A DNA stretch of 64,000 nt from Rhizodiscina lignyota (GCA_010015805.1 ML978141.1:1-64000); one strand, 5' to 3'; shown: positions 48,908 to 62,565, numbered from the stretch's first letter. The notes: generated by a model from the sequence alone, not told the origin. Numbers and translations: made by a program.

Positions 48908-51007
48908 ATGTTTAAAAAGAAGCCAACAGTGCGTAGAAAGAAAACGCAATGATTAATCAACGTCCAGTCTCACCTTGCACAGATCAAAGCTCTTGCTCCC
49001 CTCAGGTCTTCGGACAGGCGAAAGACGGCAGATGAAGTGATTGCAGACCTGGGCCTGAAGCCGGTCTCCAAGGATGATGCGAATGAAGAGGAGAAGGCTG
49101 CAGCTGTAGCAGAGACTACGGCGCTGAGGAACGCCCTGTTTCCAGAGAACACCCTCTCGGCGCGATTCACGACGACTGCGGGGCCTGATTTGAAGCCTGT
49201 GTCTGGCACTGTGTATGCTGGAAGCCAACCGGGAGAAGAGCAGCGATTACTATGGGTCAGGATAAAAGAACGCATGTACCCAACAGGTAGGCGCCCATTT
49301 GACCTCGACGTTACAGTTCGTGATCACTTATGGATTGGCCTGTAGTATACACATTATGGCGCAACTCTGCACTCCTGCCTCTCCTCCACACCCCGAGTAT
49401 CGTCGTATCGAAGCTCCAACAAGGAGCCGACCTCATGACACCAGGTCTTGCGGGCCCTCCCTTTCCTCCTCGAGCGAAGAAAGATGCAGTAGTCGCGATA
49501 GCAAGTACAGAGTCGCCGAGTGTGCCAGTCGCCGTAGGAGTTTGTGAGATTGATGTCAGTGCGCTTCAAAAAGTCCAGGGTACCAAAGGACATGCCGTAA
49601 GGATAGAACATTGGATGGGCGATGAGCTGTGGGGATGGAGCGCTTCTGGCAAACCAGGTGCTTCTGCCCCAGAGTCTCTCCCTGGCTGGATGCCACAGGA
49701 AGAGGACGACATCGCGGAGAAGATGGAAGATCTAGATATTGAGGGCGAGGCGCAAGGTGGTGGTGTTGCACTTGGTAGTGCAGAACCTGTGTCGAGTAGA
49801 GAAGCTCCTCGGTCTAACGGCGGTGTAGACTCGGAGCTGATTGAGGAGGTGGAGCTCAATGAGAAGGAGCTCACGACTAAAGGTAAGAACTTTTTGAGCT
49901 CTTTGCCCTGAGGGATAATAACTGGTTACAGATATCGACGAAGCTTTCCGAAGCGCCTTTATCTATGGAGTTTACCATCACAGGCAGACCAATAAAGACG
50001 ATCCCAAATTCGGACTGAAATTCCCTCTCACACAGTCCTTAGTCATGTCGACACTCGTACAACCATTCCTCCCCGCCTTCACGCCTGCTCAGACGCAAGC
50101 ACTCCAGATCAAGAAGACGTCATGGAAGAATATCAAAAAATTCATCAAAAGTCTCGACAAGCAAAAACTGGTAAGATCGAAAGATCGCGATGGGAATGAA
50201 GTGGTAATCCTCGATATCGACTTTGACGATGCTTGTTTTCTTAACTTCAAACCATATCGACTACCAAAGAAAGAAACAGCAGGCGGTGCCAGTCAGGGAC
50301 GAGGTGACAAGGACAACATTCCAATTTCCGAGACCTCAGGCGATCCATCCGTAGGACAGAAGCTCCAGAAGCTAGAGCTCTTCCGCCCAAGAGAAAAACT
50401 AGCTCCCATATTCGAGGTTGGTAACGCTGACTCTCACCGTCTATTCACCGCATCAGAACTCCGCGACCCCATCAACGCCTACATCGAGCTCGAGAAGCTC
50501 GTCAGTCCCACCAACAAGGCCCTCGTGAACCTCAACCCCGTCCTCGCAACAATCTTCGACTCCTCAGCCTCCCTAGACAAACAAGTCCTGGCCAAAGGCT
50601 CCGTCCCGCGCAACACCCTCATCGAGCGGATTCGCGAGAGCTGCGCCCGCTTCTGGATCGTCCTCAAGAACGGCGAGACTCCTCACACAGCTGTAGCAAA
50701 GCCCAAATCTGGCAATGCGCCGGCTATCACGATCACATTGCAGTTAGTTGGCTCTGGGAGGAAAGTCACGAAGGTGACGGGGCTGGAGCCGTACTTCATA
50801 CCTCCGCAGCCGCTGGCTGATGAGTTGAGGAAGACGTGTGCTGGGAGTACGAGTGTGGAGAAGTCGCAGGGTAGTTCGCCTAAGGATCCGAGGATGGAGG
50901 TTACGGTGCAGGGGCCGCAGACTGATGCAGTACTCAAGGCGTTGGAGAAGAGAGGGGTGAACAGAAATTGGGTCGAGCTTGTGGATAAGACGAAGAAGAA
51001 AAAGTGA
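48908..51007 (+). CDS. Translation initiation/recycling factor eIF2D (ligatin/Tma64): pre-PUA/PUA + SWIB + SUI1
   Basis: MFKKKPT|IKALAPLRSSDRRK, GADLMTPG, IKKTSWKNIKKF, and SUI1-like KVTKVTGLE...VTVQG. Confidence 0.9.
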
Positions 51008-51992
51008 GGAAAAGCAACAGGCAGAGGCATATACTAAGTTGCCGTGAGCTTTGAGAGAGGTATTTGATACTACCACTTGTGCGCTCGGAATTATCTCTCC
51101 TGCTTTTCGTCACTATTCATCTGCATTAACTACATACGTTGTGTCCACCTAACTCTGACGGTCATGAGAAGCTTTGACGGATTTCATTTTCTCGACAGAT
51201 GATGATAGGAAGATCGCTGTCTCGAAAAATGCTGTCCATGGTGCCTAGATTTCGCAACAAGATTTCCATGTACATATCTTCATTCATCAGCGGCGCGATA
51301 TATATCGGGGTTAATGCGGAGAGCCGGTCGCTCATCAAAATTATGGTCTCAAAAGGTCCGTGAGGAGTACGTACCACAATTCGCTACTATTTCTCGTTGC
51401 AGCTCTGCTTCCTTCAACTTAGATTATTTGTCAACAAATCAATCACCTGTTGAACCCTGATTCAAGCACCATTCAGTTGGCAAATGCCACGCCACGCTCG
51501 TGCAACCTTCACCTTCCCGATCCCTCAGTCCCTCTGCGGGTACGCGTACCCCACCGCGTGGCGGTTCTCACGAAATTTAAGGCAGACATATTTCCTCCAT
51601 CAGGCTGCAATTTAGAAGACTTTCAGAGCTTCGGCTCTTGTTTCCTGTCCCCGCTCTCGCTTCACCATGCAAAATACCGCTCGATCTATTGGTGCGAATC
51701 CTCCGCTCCTTCACCGAACGGGACTCGTAATTGCGGAGAGGACGTCCGAGCTGCAGTTTGTGCACCTCCATCTACACAACATGATCGTAGCACGAGGCTC
51801 GCGAGGTAGGAAATCGAAATTTCAAAGGCAAGAGAATTATGTTTCTGTCTACGATATTTCCTATAAACATTGCCGCCTTGGATGACCTTCTTGCTCCTCA
51901 ACCTCTCTGATTTCTGATCAGTAACTCTTGTCTCAAGCTTCCAAACTCATCAAATACCACACAGCGTTTGGAACCCTCTCAATTGAGCAGCA

Positions 51993-53195
51993 ATGGCAAG
52001 AATATTTCTGTTCCTGGTGTGCGTTGTCTCGGTCTTCGCGCAGAACATCACCCTTTCACCGATTATTCTGCCAGCTCCGCCAGGACCTTATGTCTCGAAG
52101 CTCTCGGTCCATGTGCTCACCGATACCTCTCGACCAGATCCTTATAACAGCTCAGAGCCTCACAGACGTCTGGTAGTGTCTGTGTTTGATCCAGTTCCCA
52201 AGTCACAGTGCTCTAAGACTTGCGAAGTGCAGTACATGCCTCCAGCAACAGCGGCACATGAGGACGCTAGCATCGGTCTCAATGTACCCCTGCTTGAGCA
52301 ATTCAAACTTTCAGGAATTTGCTGTGGCTCAGCTATTCCAGAGCACCACTTCACGAGTCAAAAGAGCACACAAGGCAACCAGTACAGCAACGAAGATACT
52401 CCATTGCTCATCTTTTCGACCGGTTTCGGTGTCTCAAGGCTCGAGTACGGTGCGATGGCGCAATACGTCTCGAGTTATGGCTATACAATCGTCACAGTCG
52501 ACCATACGTATGATGCAGACATTGTGGAATTCCCGGACGGCCAGATTGCGTTGGGCGTGTTCACGGGCAACACCACAGATGCCGAGGTCGCAGGCGCTCT
52601 GGCTGTAAGGACTGAAGATGTTCTTTTCGTCTTGGACGCAGTAACAAAGGGCGCTCACGGCTGCTCATACTCGTATAAGGCCAACAAAGTCGGGATGTAC
52701 GGCCACTCACTTGGCGGCGTGACTGCATCCAATGCGATGCTGAACGACACGCAGCATCGAATTACAGGCGGCATTAACTTGGATGGCGGATACCTCGGTC
52801 CTGTCCTCGAAGATGGGCTAGGAAGTGGGAAGAAGTCGTTTCTCCTGTTCGGCAGCGCTGTTCATAACTCATCCTCCGATCCGAGCTGGGAGCAGTTCTG
52901 GGAGACTACGGACAAGTTAGATCCGCAGGATTGGAGGAAGGAGATCCACCTGAAAGATTCGCTGCACACCACTTTCTCCGACTTCCCTTTGCTGGCTGAT
53001 GTCAGTGGTTTCAGACAGATCGATCCGGATCTCGTCAACGGAGAGCTGGGAACAATCAATGGGGTGAGAGCGATGCAAATACTCACCACATATATAACCG
53101 CATTCTTCAACATGGTGTTGAAGGGAAAGAAGGAACCACTACTGGGAGGGCCGAGCAAAGAGTTTCCGGAAGTGTATTTCACTCGCTCAGGATAA
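51993..53195 (+). CDS. Secreted alpha/beta-hydrolase, PAF-acetylhydrolase-like, intronless
   Basis: Signal peptide MARIFLFLVCVVSVFA. LPAPPGPY, VTVDHTYDA, nucleophile GHSLGG, INLDG, HTTFSD. Confidence 0.9.
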   Translation: MARIFLFLVCVVSVFAQNITLSPIILPAPPGPYVSKLSVHVLTDTSRPDPYNSSEPHRRLVVSVFDPVPKSQCSKTCEVQYMPPATAAHEDASIGLNVPLLEQFKLSGICCGSAIPEHHFTSQKSTQGNQYSNEDTPLLIFSTGFGVSRLEYGAMAQYVSSYGYTIVTVDHTYDADIVEFPDGQIALGVFTGNTTDAEVAGALAVRTEDVLFVLDAVTKGAHGCSYSYKANKVGMYGHSLGGVTASNAMLNDTQHRITGGINLDGGYLGPVLEDGLGSGKKSFLLFGSAVHNSSSDPSWEQFWETTDKLDPQDWRKEIHLKDSLHTTFSDFPLLADVSGFRQIDPDLVNGELGTINGVRAMQILTTYITAFFNMVLKGKKEPLLGGPSKEFPEVYFTRSG

Positions 53196-53960
53196 CCCTA
53201 ATCTGAAGTAACATGAACGAAAGCAATGTACAAATGCGTACACGCTGAAACGAGGAATTGCTGAAAGATTTCCGAAAATCCATGTCCGCTTGTGAACTCA
53301 TTAGGGTGTTGCAGCAGAGCAGCAGTCGCAACTGACAGGGCGATTTCCTTGAACCATCTTCTCAAGTGCTGTCAAGCAAACTCTCCGTCATCTTCTACGA
53401 CTTTGTAATGTAAGTGCCAAGTAGTCGTTCGGCTCCGTCGAGGATCGCGGGCTTCCTGAAGCGGAATGGTCTCATGCCCCCAATGTCGATCAACTTCGTC
53501 TCCGCCTCCAATTCCAGGCCAACCAAAACTCATCTCTTAACCACACTCCTTTACCATGTCTTCAACTGGTCTCTTACGACGATGCATTCTCGCTTGTATT
53601 CCTGTTTACTAGTAAAGAGTGAGTGCTTAGCTTGCATTAAAAGCGAAGGTGATATAGGCGTCGGCTTATTCCTACGCAGGTACGGTCTCCTGCCAAAGGA
53701 AGTATTGGAAAAGCAATGTAGGGAAAGCTTGGCTCCTTATATTTTCTTGCAATTGTGCTCGTGGACAAGTGTCTTACAGTCCGGTTTGCAGATATCTCGT
53801 ACTCTGTACACGTGTGAAGGTAACACGAGTAATAACGCTGGGTGCTATTGCCGTTTGGCAAATATATATTGCTCCTCATTGACGACTCATAGTATTCAAC
53901 TTCGGCATCTTATTTTCATTCAAGCAGTTAAGTCTTCTCGTTTGGTTTCCTTCGTTCGCC

Positions 53961-54431
53961 ATGAAGTTCCATCTCCCCATTCTCGCTCTCATTTCCACCG
54001 CGTTCGCTCTACCCAACCTGTGAGCCTCCAACATCTCATTATGTTCCATACATTAACCCACCATCAGCGAAATACGCCAATGCTCGACAGCTCTGGCCGA
54101 CGACTACATCTTCACTCTCACCCTCGACGAATTTGAAGCCAAGCGCGCAGCTACCGATCCCCCATGCTTCGACTGGTCTTCCGACAACTGCTCCGACTCC
54201 CCGGATAACCCGCTCGGCTTTCCCTTCTCACCAGCGTGCCAGCGGCACGACTTTGGCTACCGGAACTACAAGGCCGAGGGACGCTTCACCGAGGACAACC
54301 GCAAGCGCATCGACGACAACTTCAAGAGCGACTTGGACGGCATTTGCTCGCAGTATAGCGGACTGGAGAAAGACACGTGTGATGGGCTGGCGGATGTTTA
54401 TTACGAGGCTGTGAGGGAGTTTGGAGGCTAG
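53961..54431 (+). CDS. Secreted phospholipase A2, group XIV (fungal/actinobacterial type); absent from the ORF track
   Basis: MKFHLPILALISTAFALPN signal, intron 54020-54067, then FDWSSDNCSDSPDNPLGFPFSPACQRHDFGYRNYK...IDDNFKSDL...YYEAVREFGG*. Confidence 0.92.
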
Positions 54432-55370
54432 AAGTGATTCTTCGATGTAGTCTTGAAATGCCAGCGACGACGAATGAAAGATGTTAACCAATCTTGGCCT
54501 CATAGTTGATGCGTTTAATACAGGTTCTCACCATCACTGCGTACGACAAAAAAGGGAGGGGGTACCTGTCCACCCCGAAATGGGTTGCTAATATGATCCA
54601 TCCAGCTATGTTCAATACTCTGTTCGATCCTTTAATTCATCTCAGGTATGCTGCAGATGCATGCCCTAAGTTTAGTACCTTCCCAGTACGTCAATTGAAC
54701 AGGCCAGGTTCGGCGATCATTCGGCGGGAACGAAACCCCAACCGAATTGGGAAAGGGGCAAAATGATTCATCTCCTAAAGCGTTCATGATGTTTTGGAGG
54801 CTGCCTGTTGGACCAAATTGCACTCCAGACATGTTGTTGCAACAGCCACTCGGCTTGCGACAGGCAGTCACTTCGATTTCTTCATTGGTGTGATGATAGT
54901 TGATATTTAGGCGCTCCTTATTCTCATTTCGATATTCCTTACGATACCTTCACTCTCATCTGCTCTATCACCTCCTTTATTGCCAGCTATGAAACACACT
55001 GGAAGTGTTGGACGTGGGTCATTTTGGAATTGCACATAACTCGAATCTGTTGAATCGTAAAACATCATCTGTGTTCCTACATGCTTGATAATATAGGCGA
55101 GCCATCAACTCCTTGGAAGGGAATCACGATTCAAAGGATCATTGTCTGGGGAACGAAGCAAGGCAACGTCAAGATCTGGATGGTGTTTTAGAGTGGCAGG
55201 AGCAAGTTGCAAAAGTTGCCCCAGCTAGGCTAGTAACCGTATCCAACGGTCGTCGCTTTCCTATTTCTCCTCCTCTCTTCCCTCCTCAACTTTAATCCAA
55301 CAACCAAAACTTTTCAATTCAAGAGCAAAACACTTCAACTCTGATCTCACACATAACACAATACAACACA

Positions 55371-56348
55371 ATGGCAATGGCAATGGCAAACATCGCCGAC
55401 GAATTCCGATGCATCGGCAAGGGCTTTTGCGGAAGTGTGTGGGCTAGTAGTCAAGCAGACGAACCTGCGATGAAGAGAGAAGACGGCGGCCCTGGCAGAT
55501 CTCTCCGGAACGACTGGGACATGCACAACATCGTCAGAAATGCATTCACCAGCCTCAAGAACAATTTTGACAACATGATTGTACCGCAGCCACACGTGTT
55601 CATCACCGGCGAGGATATGGACTGGTGGAACAAGAACGTGTCCAGATTCCCGGTCGGCTTTTCGCCCTGCAATACTCTCGTGTCCACCAGGGTTCCTCCA
55701 CTGCCAAAGCCTGTCCGAGAACGTCTCGTCGACCGATACTGCCCTCCACAGCTAGCTCCCCTGATAAAAACAAATCGTGGTGACGAAGACTGCGTGGTCC
55801 GACCCTACCTGGGACGAAGACGCATTGGACAAAGAGTGTCTCGCTTTCAATCCTTTACCCTTCGCAATTTTCCCCTGCATGTCGACCAGATGGAAGATCT
55901 CGGGCTCAACATATTCATATATGCAGCTAAGCTCGCCGATGCGCTCGCCATAATGCATTGGGTAGCTGGTGTCGACGCAAACGACGTCGAATTCGTCTTA
56001 GCATCATGCCCACATCAAATATCGAGTCCATTGACATCTGACTTTCTTGGCGAGCACACATTATGGATACTCGATTTTGACTGCTGTCCCGGCATGCCAA
56101 TGGATCTCGCAGGCGTTGAACAGGCTGTCGCTGCCTTCTTCAGGAATGACCCCTTCTTCCCTCGTCCAGCGGCGACAGATGCGCGAGACCAGGGACTCTG
56201 GAGACATTTTCGGGCACAATATATCCGAACTAGCGACGAAATGTTGCGGGACAGCTCTTTGAAGAAGCTACCGGAGCTGTTCATAGAGCATTTAGAAGAA
56301 AGAGGGCGGGAGTTGGCTATGCATAAGGAAAAATTGAGTACAGACTAG
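55371..56348 (+). CDS. DUF3669-type fungal protein of unknown function, intronless
   Basis: IGKGFCGSVW, KREDGGPGRSL, LRNFPLH, MHWVAGVDANDVEFVL, LWILDFD, FFRNDPFFPRP. Confidence 0.8.
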   Translation: MAMAMANIADEFRCIGKGFCGSVWASSQADEPAMKREDGGPGRSLRNDWDMHNIVRNAFTSLKNNFDNMIVPQPHVFITGEDMDWWNKNVSRFPVGFSPCNTLVSTRVPPLPKPVRERLVDRYCPPQLAPLIKTNRGDEDCVVRPYLGRRRIGQRVSRFQSFTLRNFPLHVDQMEDLGLNIFIYAAKLADALAIMHWVAGVDANDVEFVLASCPHQISSPLTSDFLGEHTLWILDFDCCPGMPMDLAGVEQAVAAFFRNDPFFPRPAATDARDQGLWRHFRAQYIRTSDEMLRDSSLKKLPELFIEHLEERGRELAMHKEKLSTD

Positions 56349-57391
56349 CTTCTCCGGTAATGGAATGTGCACATGCTCTTTAGTAAATCCAAGTTCAGTG
56401 TTTTCTCAATAAGCACTCTCTGATGCTAGTTGAATAAAGAGCAGAATTAACTTTTCATGCAGCGTTACAAAAGATTGAGTCAGTTCAGTATAAGCGAAGC
56501 GCCGAGAAGAACACAACAACGCATATACAGTGGCAATCAGGACTTCTGATTCGTCTATCAAGGAGGCACTGCAGAGACTGAACTGTTTCGGTGGGAGGAT
56601 CGCCGCGAGCGCGAGTGAAGAGGCAGTGGAACAGCCGCGATGCGGTTCCGTAACGATTGGGCTTTTCCTAAATCCGATTCGAGCTCTTTCAAATGGGATA
56701 ATGTCAAGAAGTACTACCACGAACATATTCCGTCAGAGTTCTAGATGAGCTGCTATTTGTTTTGAAAAGGGAGTTCGACTTGCCGCTTGGGGTTACACGG
56801 CATTGAGCTGATAGAGTACATGAGCCTTTTCGTGATTCTGCATTTGAATTCTGTCAAGTGATGCAGTCTCAAGAAATAGTACTCCAAGTATCTTGCATCG
56901 AAGCTCTCGAAATGCCCTTGCTTGCGCCGAAGAGCATATTCAACTTCCCGCGCTACGCACAAGGTTTCAAGCTGCCAGGGTGCATCAGCTCTTTCGTCAA
57001 TCCCAATAGGGTCTATGTCTACAGTATAATTTCGGGTAAGTAATTGCCAAATTATATTGCATCGAGCTTTCGGGGGTGCTCGCACCGGGTTCGAAGAGCA
57101 ATGTCGACTTACCGCCTTACGTTACAATGCACTGCGACGCCAAGATGCGCAAGCTCTTTCGTGAATCCAACTATGACCTTGGGCAACAGTGCAATTCCTA
57201 GTAAGCAATACCCCAAGCATGTTACGTCAAGCCTTCGGAGACGCTCTCGCCTGGCCTGAAAAGGAACGTCGATTTGCCACTGTTACAACTGCCTTTGCGG
57301 TCGAAGAATTCGTGAGCTCTCGACATGCTAAACACAACGTGACTGTACAAGTATCTCTATTAGCTCGGGTATCAAATCTAGAGGCATGTGT

Positions 57392-58587
57392 CTATATGCT
57401 GTAAATGTCTCTCCATTTACCCATTACCGGTCCTTCCCCATCAAACGTGTCAAGAAGCGCGTCCAATGCCGCAAAATGCTCTGCAAACTTCAATCCTTTC
57501 AATCTTTCCGCTTCGACTCTCTCCCAAGTCCATTCCTCATTCGTAGATGGGAACAGGCTTTCCTCCAAGACGTTGTCAGTAGAGGCACTGATCCCTTCAG
57601 ATGGTGTCGCCGTTCCGGAGACATCTGTAGAGTCGATCGCCACAGGAGGCGACAGCTCAGAAGCTTTCGAATATACAGCGATATTCGCTGCAGGAGGAGC
57701 GCTTCTAGGCTTTGGAGGAAGCATTTCAGAATTCTGCAAGACCAGCTCCGGTGGGATCGTGAGTCTTCCCTTCTTAACCACATACTTCGCAACACTAACA
57801 GCGAGTACAGCTTTTTTGGCCTTCGCTATCCGCTCCTGCGTCTCCTGTGCCGTCTCTTCCTTCTGTCCGCGACCTTTCTTCCACGGCTGTAGCGAGTACG
57901 ACGCCGGCTTGACCGTCCCAGCCTCCACAATGTGTGATACCCAGTACAGCCACTTCCTATCCCACGCTAGAAGTCTTGTCCAAATCTCGACCTTCTGGTA
58001 CGGCTGCACCTCTCTTCTGAAGTGGCATGATACCGCACCCAGCGCCATCTTGAACATACCCTTTGGTATCTCTTTCAAGTCTGGCTTGCCAACCGCCTCT
58101 CTGTATTGATCTATTGGCATCTCCAGTTGCTTCCCCGAGTTCCGAATGCCTCTCCGGAGGATAGCGGAGACTAGCCCTGTCCGCGCTTCGTCGAGGTCGG
58201 AGAAGTATGTGCTGTTCGACTTGTGGCCGTTGTAGTCGCATTCTGCGAGAGGGGAACGTGTGGTGGTTATTACGGGGTTGAAGAGCATTTGAGGCGTTAT
58301 CTTCGTGCGCTGGATGAATATTTGGTAGTACATGGTGGTGAATATCCTGAGCTGTTCTCGTCGTAAGCGTCGGTACGATGAAGACAGTTGAGTGTGCCGG
58401 GAGTACTCACATGCCATACGAATGGTAAGTTCTTGAAATTGAGAATCGCTAGTAGGATCGCGACAGTCTTCCATGATATGTAACCGCCTAGCATGCTGAG
58501 TATCCTCTTGCGAACTGATGGAATTAAGAAAACGCTGGCGCCAACGACGACGCCGGAGAGCGCCTGAATGCGCCCGAGTGCAGACAT
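57392..58587 (-). CDS. Hotdog-fold thioesterase-like protein (YBR096W-like)
   Basis: LNFKNLPFVWH|, ECDYNGHKSNSTYFSDLD, CHFRREVQPY, WDRKWLY. Intron at ~58350-58408. Confidence 0.85.
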
Positions 58588-58928
58588 GACGTGAAAATTA
58601 GAAAACTGGTGAAACTCAAGAAGAGTCTATACATATCTTGAAACGATTGCAGAAGATGTAGAGTTCATGGCTTATCTCAGCGCGTTAAAACAGCGTAACT
58701 AGGTCATCATCGCAAGGAGCGAAGAAAGTGGTTAGCAGCCCGAGCCGCGGTTCGGAGGTGGGCGAGAAACTCCGCAACATTTGATCGCAACAAGGTAGAA
58801 TTCGCAGACTGTGGGTCAAGAAATAAACTAAAGGTTCGTATTCAATGAATCCGAGACACATCTCATATATCGTACATGATGGAATATTCTATCATGGCTC
58901 TATCAATGTCAAAGGAAACCCCAGACAA

Positions 58929-60835
58929 TCATTCTTCACCGCCATTGAGTAATTCTTCATGCTCTTCTGCCTCATTATGCTCCTCTGCATGGACTATTTT
59001 CCCTCCATGCAATTTTTCGGCCATTTCTAAAGCATCTGACCTACCGGAGTCCGTGTTCATCATCCAGATTAACGGGAGCGGTGTCAGGTTCAGCACAGCC
59101 AGGAATGGAAACGAAGATCGAATCGATCCAGTTGTGTCAACGATACGGCCGACAATCGCGGGGCCGAGGATCGAGCTACCTTTGTCGGTGAACGCGTACA
59201 AGGCGTAGAATGCCGCTTCGCTGCCTGGTGGGATGAATATCCCAAAGAGTGAACGACAGTAAGACGAGATGCCGCCCATTGCGAACCCATGTATGAAAGC
59301 TAGTGGGAAGATTTCATACGGTTGTTGTATTCCACCGACGCCCCATGCCTTGATGAATGGGAGGAATCCTAGCGATCCGTAAACGGGAATAACTTCAAAG
59401 ACAAGCAGACAGGCGATGACCGTGTGATTTGCATTCCATCGAAATCTGCGGGATATGATCGGCCAACAGGCAGCTCCAGCGATACCGCCTCCTGTTGCTA
59501 AGATAGATATCAAAGCCACTGCAGCGGTCTCCATTTGTAACTCTGTCCTCGCAAACAGGATAGCCGTCCCTTGAATTGTTGCGATTGCGTCGGAGAGCAA
59601 GAACCATGCGATGAGGAAGCGAAACGCCTGTTTAAGCTTCGCAGCAATTTTCATTGTTCTCCACAACGACATCCAAGCGAATGCGATGTAGATGAAAATA
59701 GTTTTGTACCACACGTTCGAGCGCTGAGATGCCAACGGAGGTCCAGGACGAGGTCGTAGCCAGAGAGCAGTGGGTACTGTAAAGCAAGCCCACCACGCAC
59801 CGACCAGGAATAAAATCAAACGCACGGGAAAAGTCGTCTTCGAGATGGATGGCGCCATCTTTGAGAATAATATCAGAATTCCTATGCTTACTATTTGCAC
59901 AGAAACAGCGGAAATATAGCCAATGCCGACTCCTTTGGCTGATATTTGATTGGAGAGCTGGAGCTCTGGAGCAGCCTTTTCCGCCTCTGCGTAGGCACTG
60001 GCGCTGGGAGATCTGAATGCTCTCGAAAATCTTTCATCGTCGTTTGGAACATGTTCGTTTGTGCCTGGTTCATCGTTCGGCATGCCTGCTGTTGCAAGAC
60101 CGACCGACTCTTCATCGAGCCCTGATCGACCAGGCTCGGTGTTGATGGACGGATGATTTGCAACCAAAAGAGGTAAAAATGAGTTGAGCAAAACGAAGGA
60201 GGAGCCAAGACAGGTGACACCAATAATGACTAGTACGGATGCCATCATATAAAGCTGAGGCACGATAAAGATGAATAGCATGCTTGATGCAGATCCAATC
60301 CAGGCAAATATCAGGAGCAGTTTCTTGCGATAGTTCCCTTTTCGAACATTTAATCTAACCATGTCAAAAAAAAAGGGCTCAGCGGAGCACATACCATGGT
60401 CTGCAATGGCGCTAATGGACACAAGAGTGATTGCTTGGAAGAACACAGCGACGGAGAACGTGTACATAGCAAAGCTTGCCGAGTTCACTTCTGAGCCGAA
60501 GATATGGATGACGCATTGATTATCAGTCGAGCTTGTGTCGGCACGAGGCAACAGAAGACTTCTGGCGTCTTTCTTCGCAGCAGTACATGGAACGCTATGA
60601 TCGGATCTGAGTACGCCCATCTCACGAGCTGATTGTTCCAGAGTCACCGGCAGGAAAGAGCCTATTGCGTCAGAATATGAAATGGAATTGATATGTACGA
60701 GTAAAACGTACCGACGCCACTTATGGCAAAGACCTCTGCAGCAAGACCATAGGCATACCATCCCCATAGCTCTTTCTGACTCGTCGGTCTTGCATCTTCT
60801 CCGGCATACTTGGAGCCACTCCTAACGGTGACCAT
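58929..60835 (-). CDS. ATG22: Vacuolar amino-acid efflux MFS transporter Atg22
   Basis: [69 protein letters not shown]. Two introns. Confidence 0.93.
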
Positions 60836-61419
60836 GACTAGAAACTAGCCAAATTTGAATGAACTAATCCAGAAAGAGGCTGGATATCCAAAGTCTTCTC
60901 CCAGGTCACAGACTCGTCTCGAAAAGGGGTGGCTCGGTTCCTCCTCCGGATCATCGAGGAGAAGACATCATGGAAGACTTGAACACAATTCGTAAGCGTG
61001 ACAGTGTGTAGAGAAGTTCGCTGAAGAGCTTCTCATCTTCAGAGGAAAATAAGTAACAAAGCTTTCACGTCGTCCTCGGCGATGTCAGCAGGGGAGGCTG
61101 GGTTTCGCAAGCAAACGGTTCCGCTCGTGTCCGCTTTACGTAAGCAGGTCGAGAGATATTTAAGGAACGGAGAGCATATATTTCTTCTTCACGGCGCTGT
61201 ATAGTACAAATATGCCCTCTTTGATGGATTTCAGCAAATATCGCGGACTTCCACTTCGGGGCAAAGATTAAAGATCGTGATCTGCTTCGCTAGCCAGGTT
61301 CGTAGAGCCATTCATCGCGCAGCTGACGTGATCGAAAATCTGGAGATAGAGGTTGTAGATAAGTATACAATGCCAAGTTCCTACTTCCATCAAGTCTCTC
61401 AATACAATATTGCATCAAT

Positions 61420-62565
61420 ATGGTGAAATTGGCTGTTGCTGGAGGCACAGGTGGATTTGGGAGGACGCTGGTCGGGGAACTGGCAAGCGTCAAAGAAAAC
61501 GACGTGCTCGTGCTGACACGAAATGCAAGTTGTTAATTCCGCCTTGATATTGATTCTATTCGTAACATTATACGGTACCATATCATCAATCCATCTGACT
61601 CGTCACTAGCCAACTGCACTCTTCATGCACCTCACCAATGTCGAGATTGCCGTCACTGATTACAAAGACGAAGAGACGCTTACGGAAATCATGTTGTCAC
61701 ACAAAATCGAAACTGTGGTATCGTCATTGAATCCGCCATTGCCAGAGGTGTTCGATAGAGAATGTACACTTGTGAAAGCAGCATCAAAGGCCAGCGTCAA
61801 GAGATTTGCGCCGAGCCAATTCGCGATCGACTATGAGAAGGATGATGAGTACGTCTGATAATTCATACAAGGTCTCGTTTTAATAATCTTCGAAGCCACT
61901 TACCACTATCCTGGAAATCCGGCAAACAACAAGTCATCAATGAGCTCAGGAAACATCCCAACTTGGAATGGACACTATTCTTGAATGGATACTTCATGGA
62001 CTACTGGGCGCAGCCTCATCTGTCCGCGCATATGGTACCGGAAACACCCTTCATCGACATAGCTGCTGGAGAAGCCTCGATACCGGGAGCGAAAGGCAAT
62101 GTCAAAGTGGCGTTCACCATGACACGTGATGTTGCAAAATTCATCACGAAAGCCGTCATGTGCAACGACAAGTGGCCGGAAAAGAGCTATATCATCGGGG
62201 ACAAGATGACTTTCGACGAGATTGTAGCTGCGGCGGAGAAAGCTCGAGGTATGTCTCTGTTCAAATTCAAAGCTCTGTGACTTCAGACCAAAAACTAATA
62301 GGTCCGCATAGACATGAAATTCAAAGTCACTTACAACAAAGAAGAAGACCTGCGAGTAGGCAAGATTGAACCAATTCCCACTTGGATCGCCCTATGGGAC
62401 AGATATCCAAGAGCGATCTTCGACGAAATGTTTTCTGCCTTTGGATTGAGCATGGTATTGGGTGACACGGATTTCGACTATGATACTTCGCTGAATGCAA
62501 AGTTTCGGGAGATAGAGACTACGAAGATCACAGCTCTGATTCAGAAATATTGCAGCAAGCGGTGA
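61420..62565 (+). CDS. NmrA/isoflavone-reductase-like atypical SDR, 4 exons
   Basis: LAVAGGTGGFG, VKRFAPSQF, EWTLFLNGYFMDY, RDVAKF. First intron 61525-61609 has a GC donor. Confidence 0.88.

Noticed and set aside
53414..54136. 240-aa ORF
   Set aside because: Non-ATG start and no protein-like features. It overlaps the promoter and first exon of the real sPLA2 gene in another frame.
56406..57380. Possible minus-strand gene or pseudogene (ORFs 56753-57085 and 56406-56726)
   Set aside because: No recognisable motif and no convincing start or splice model.
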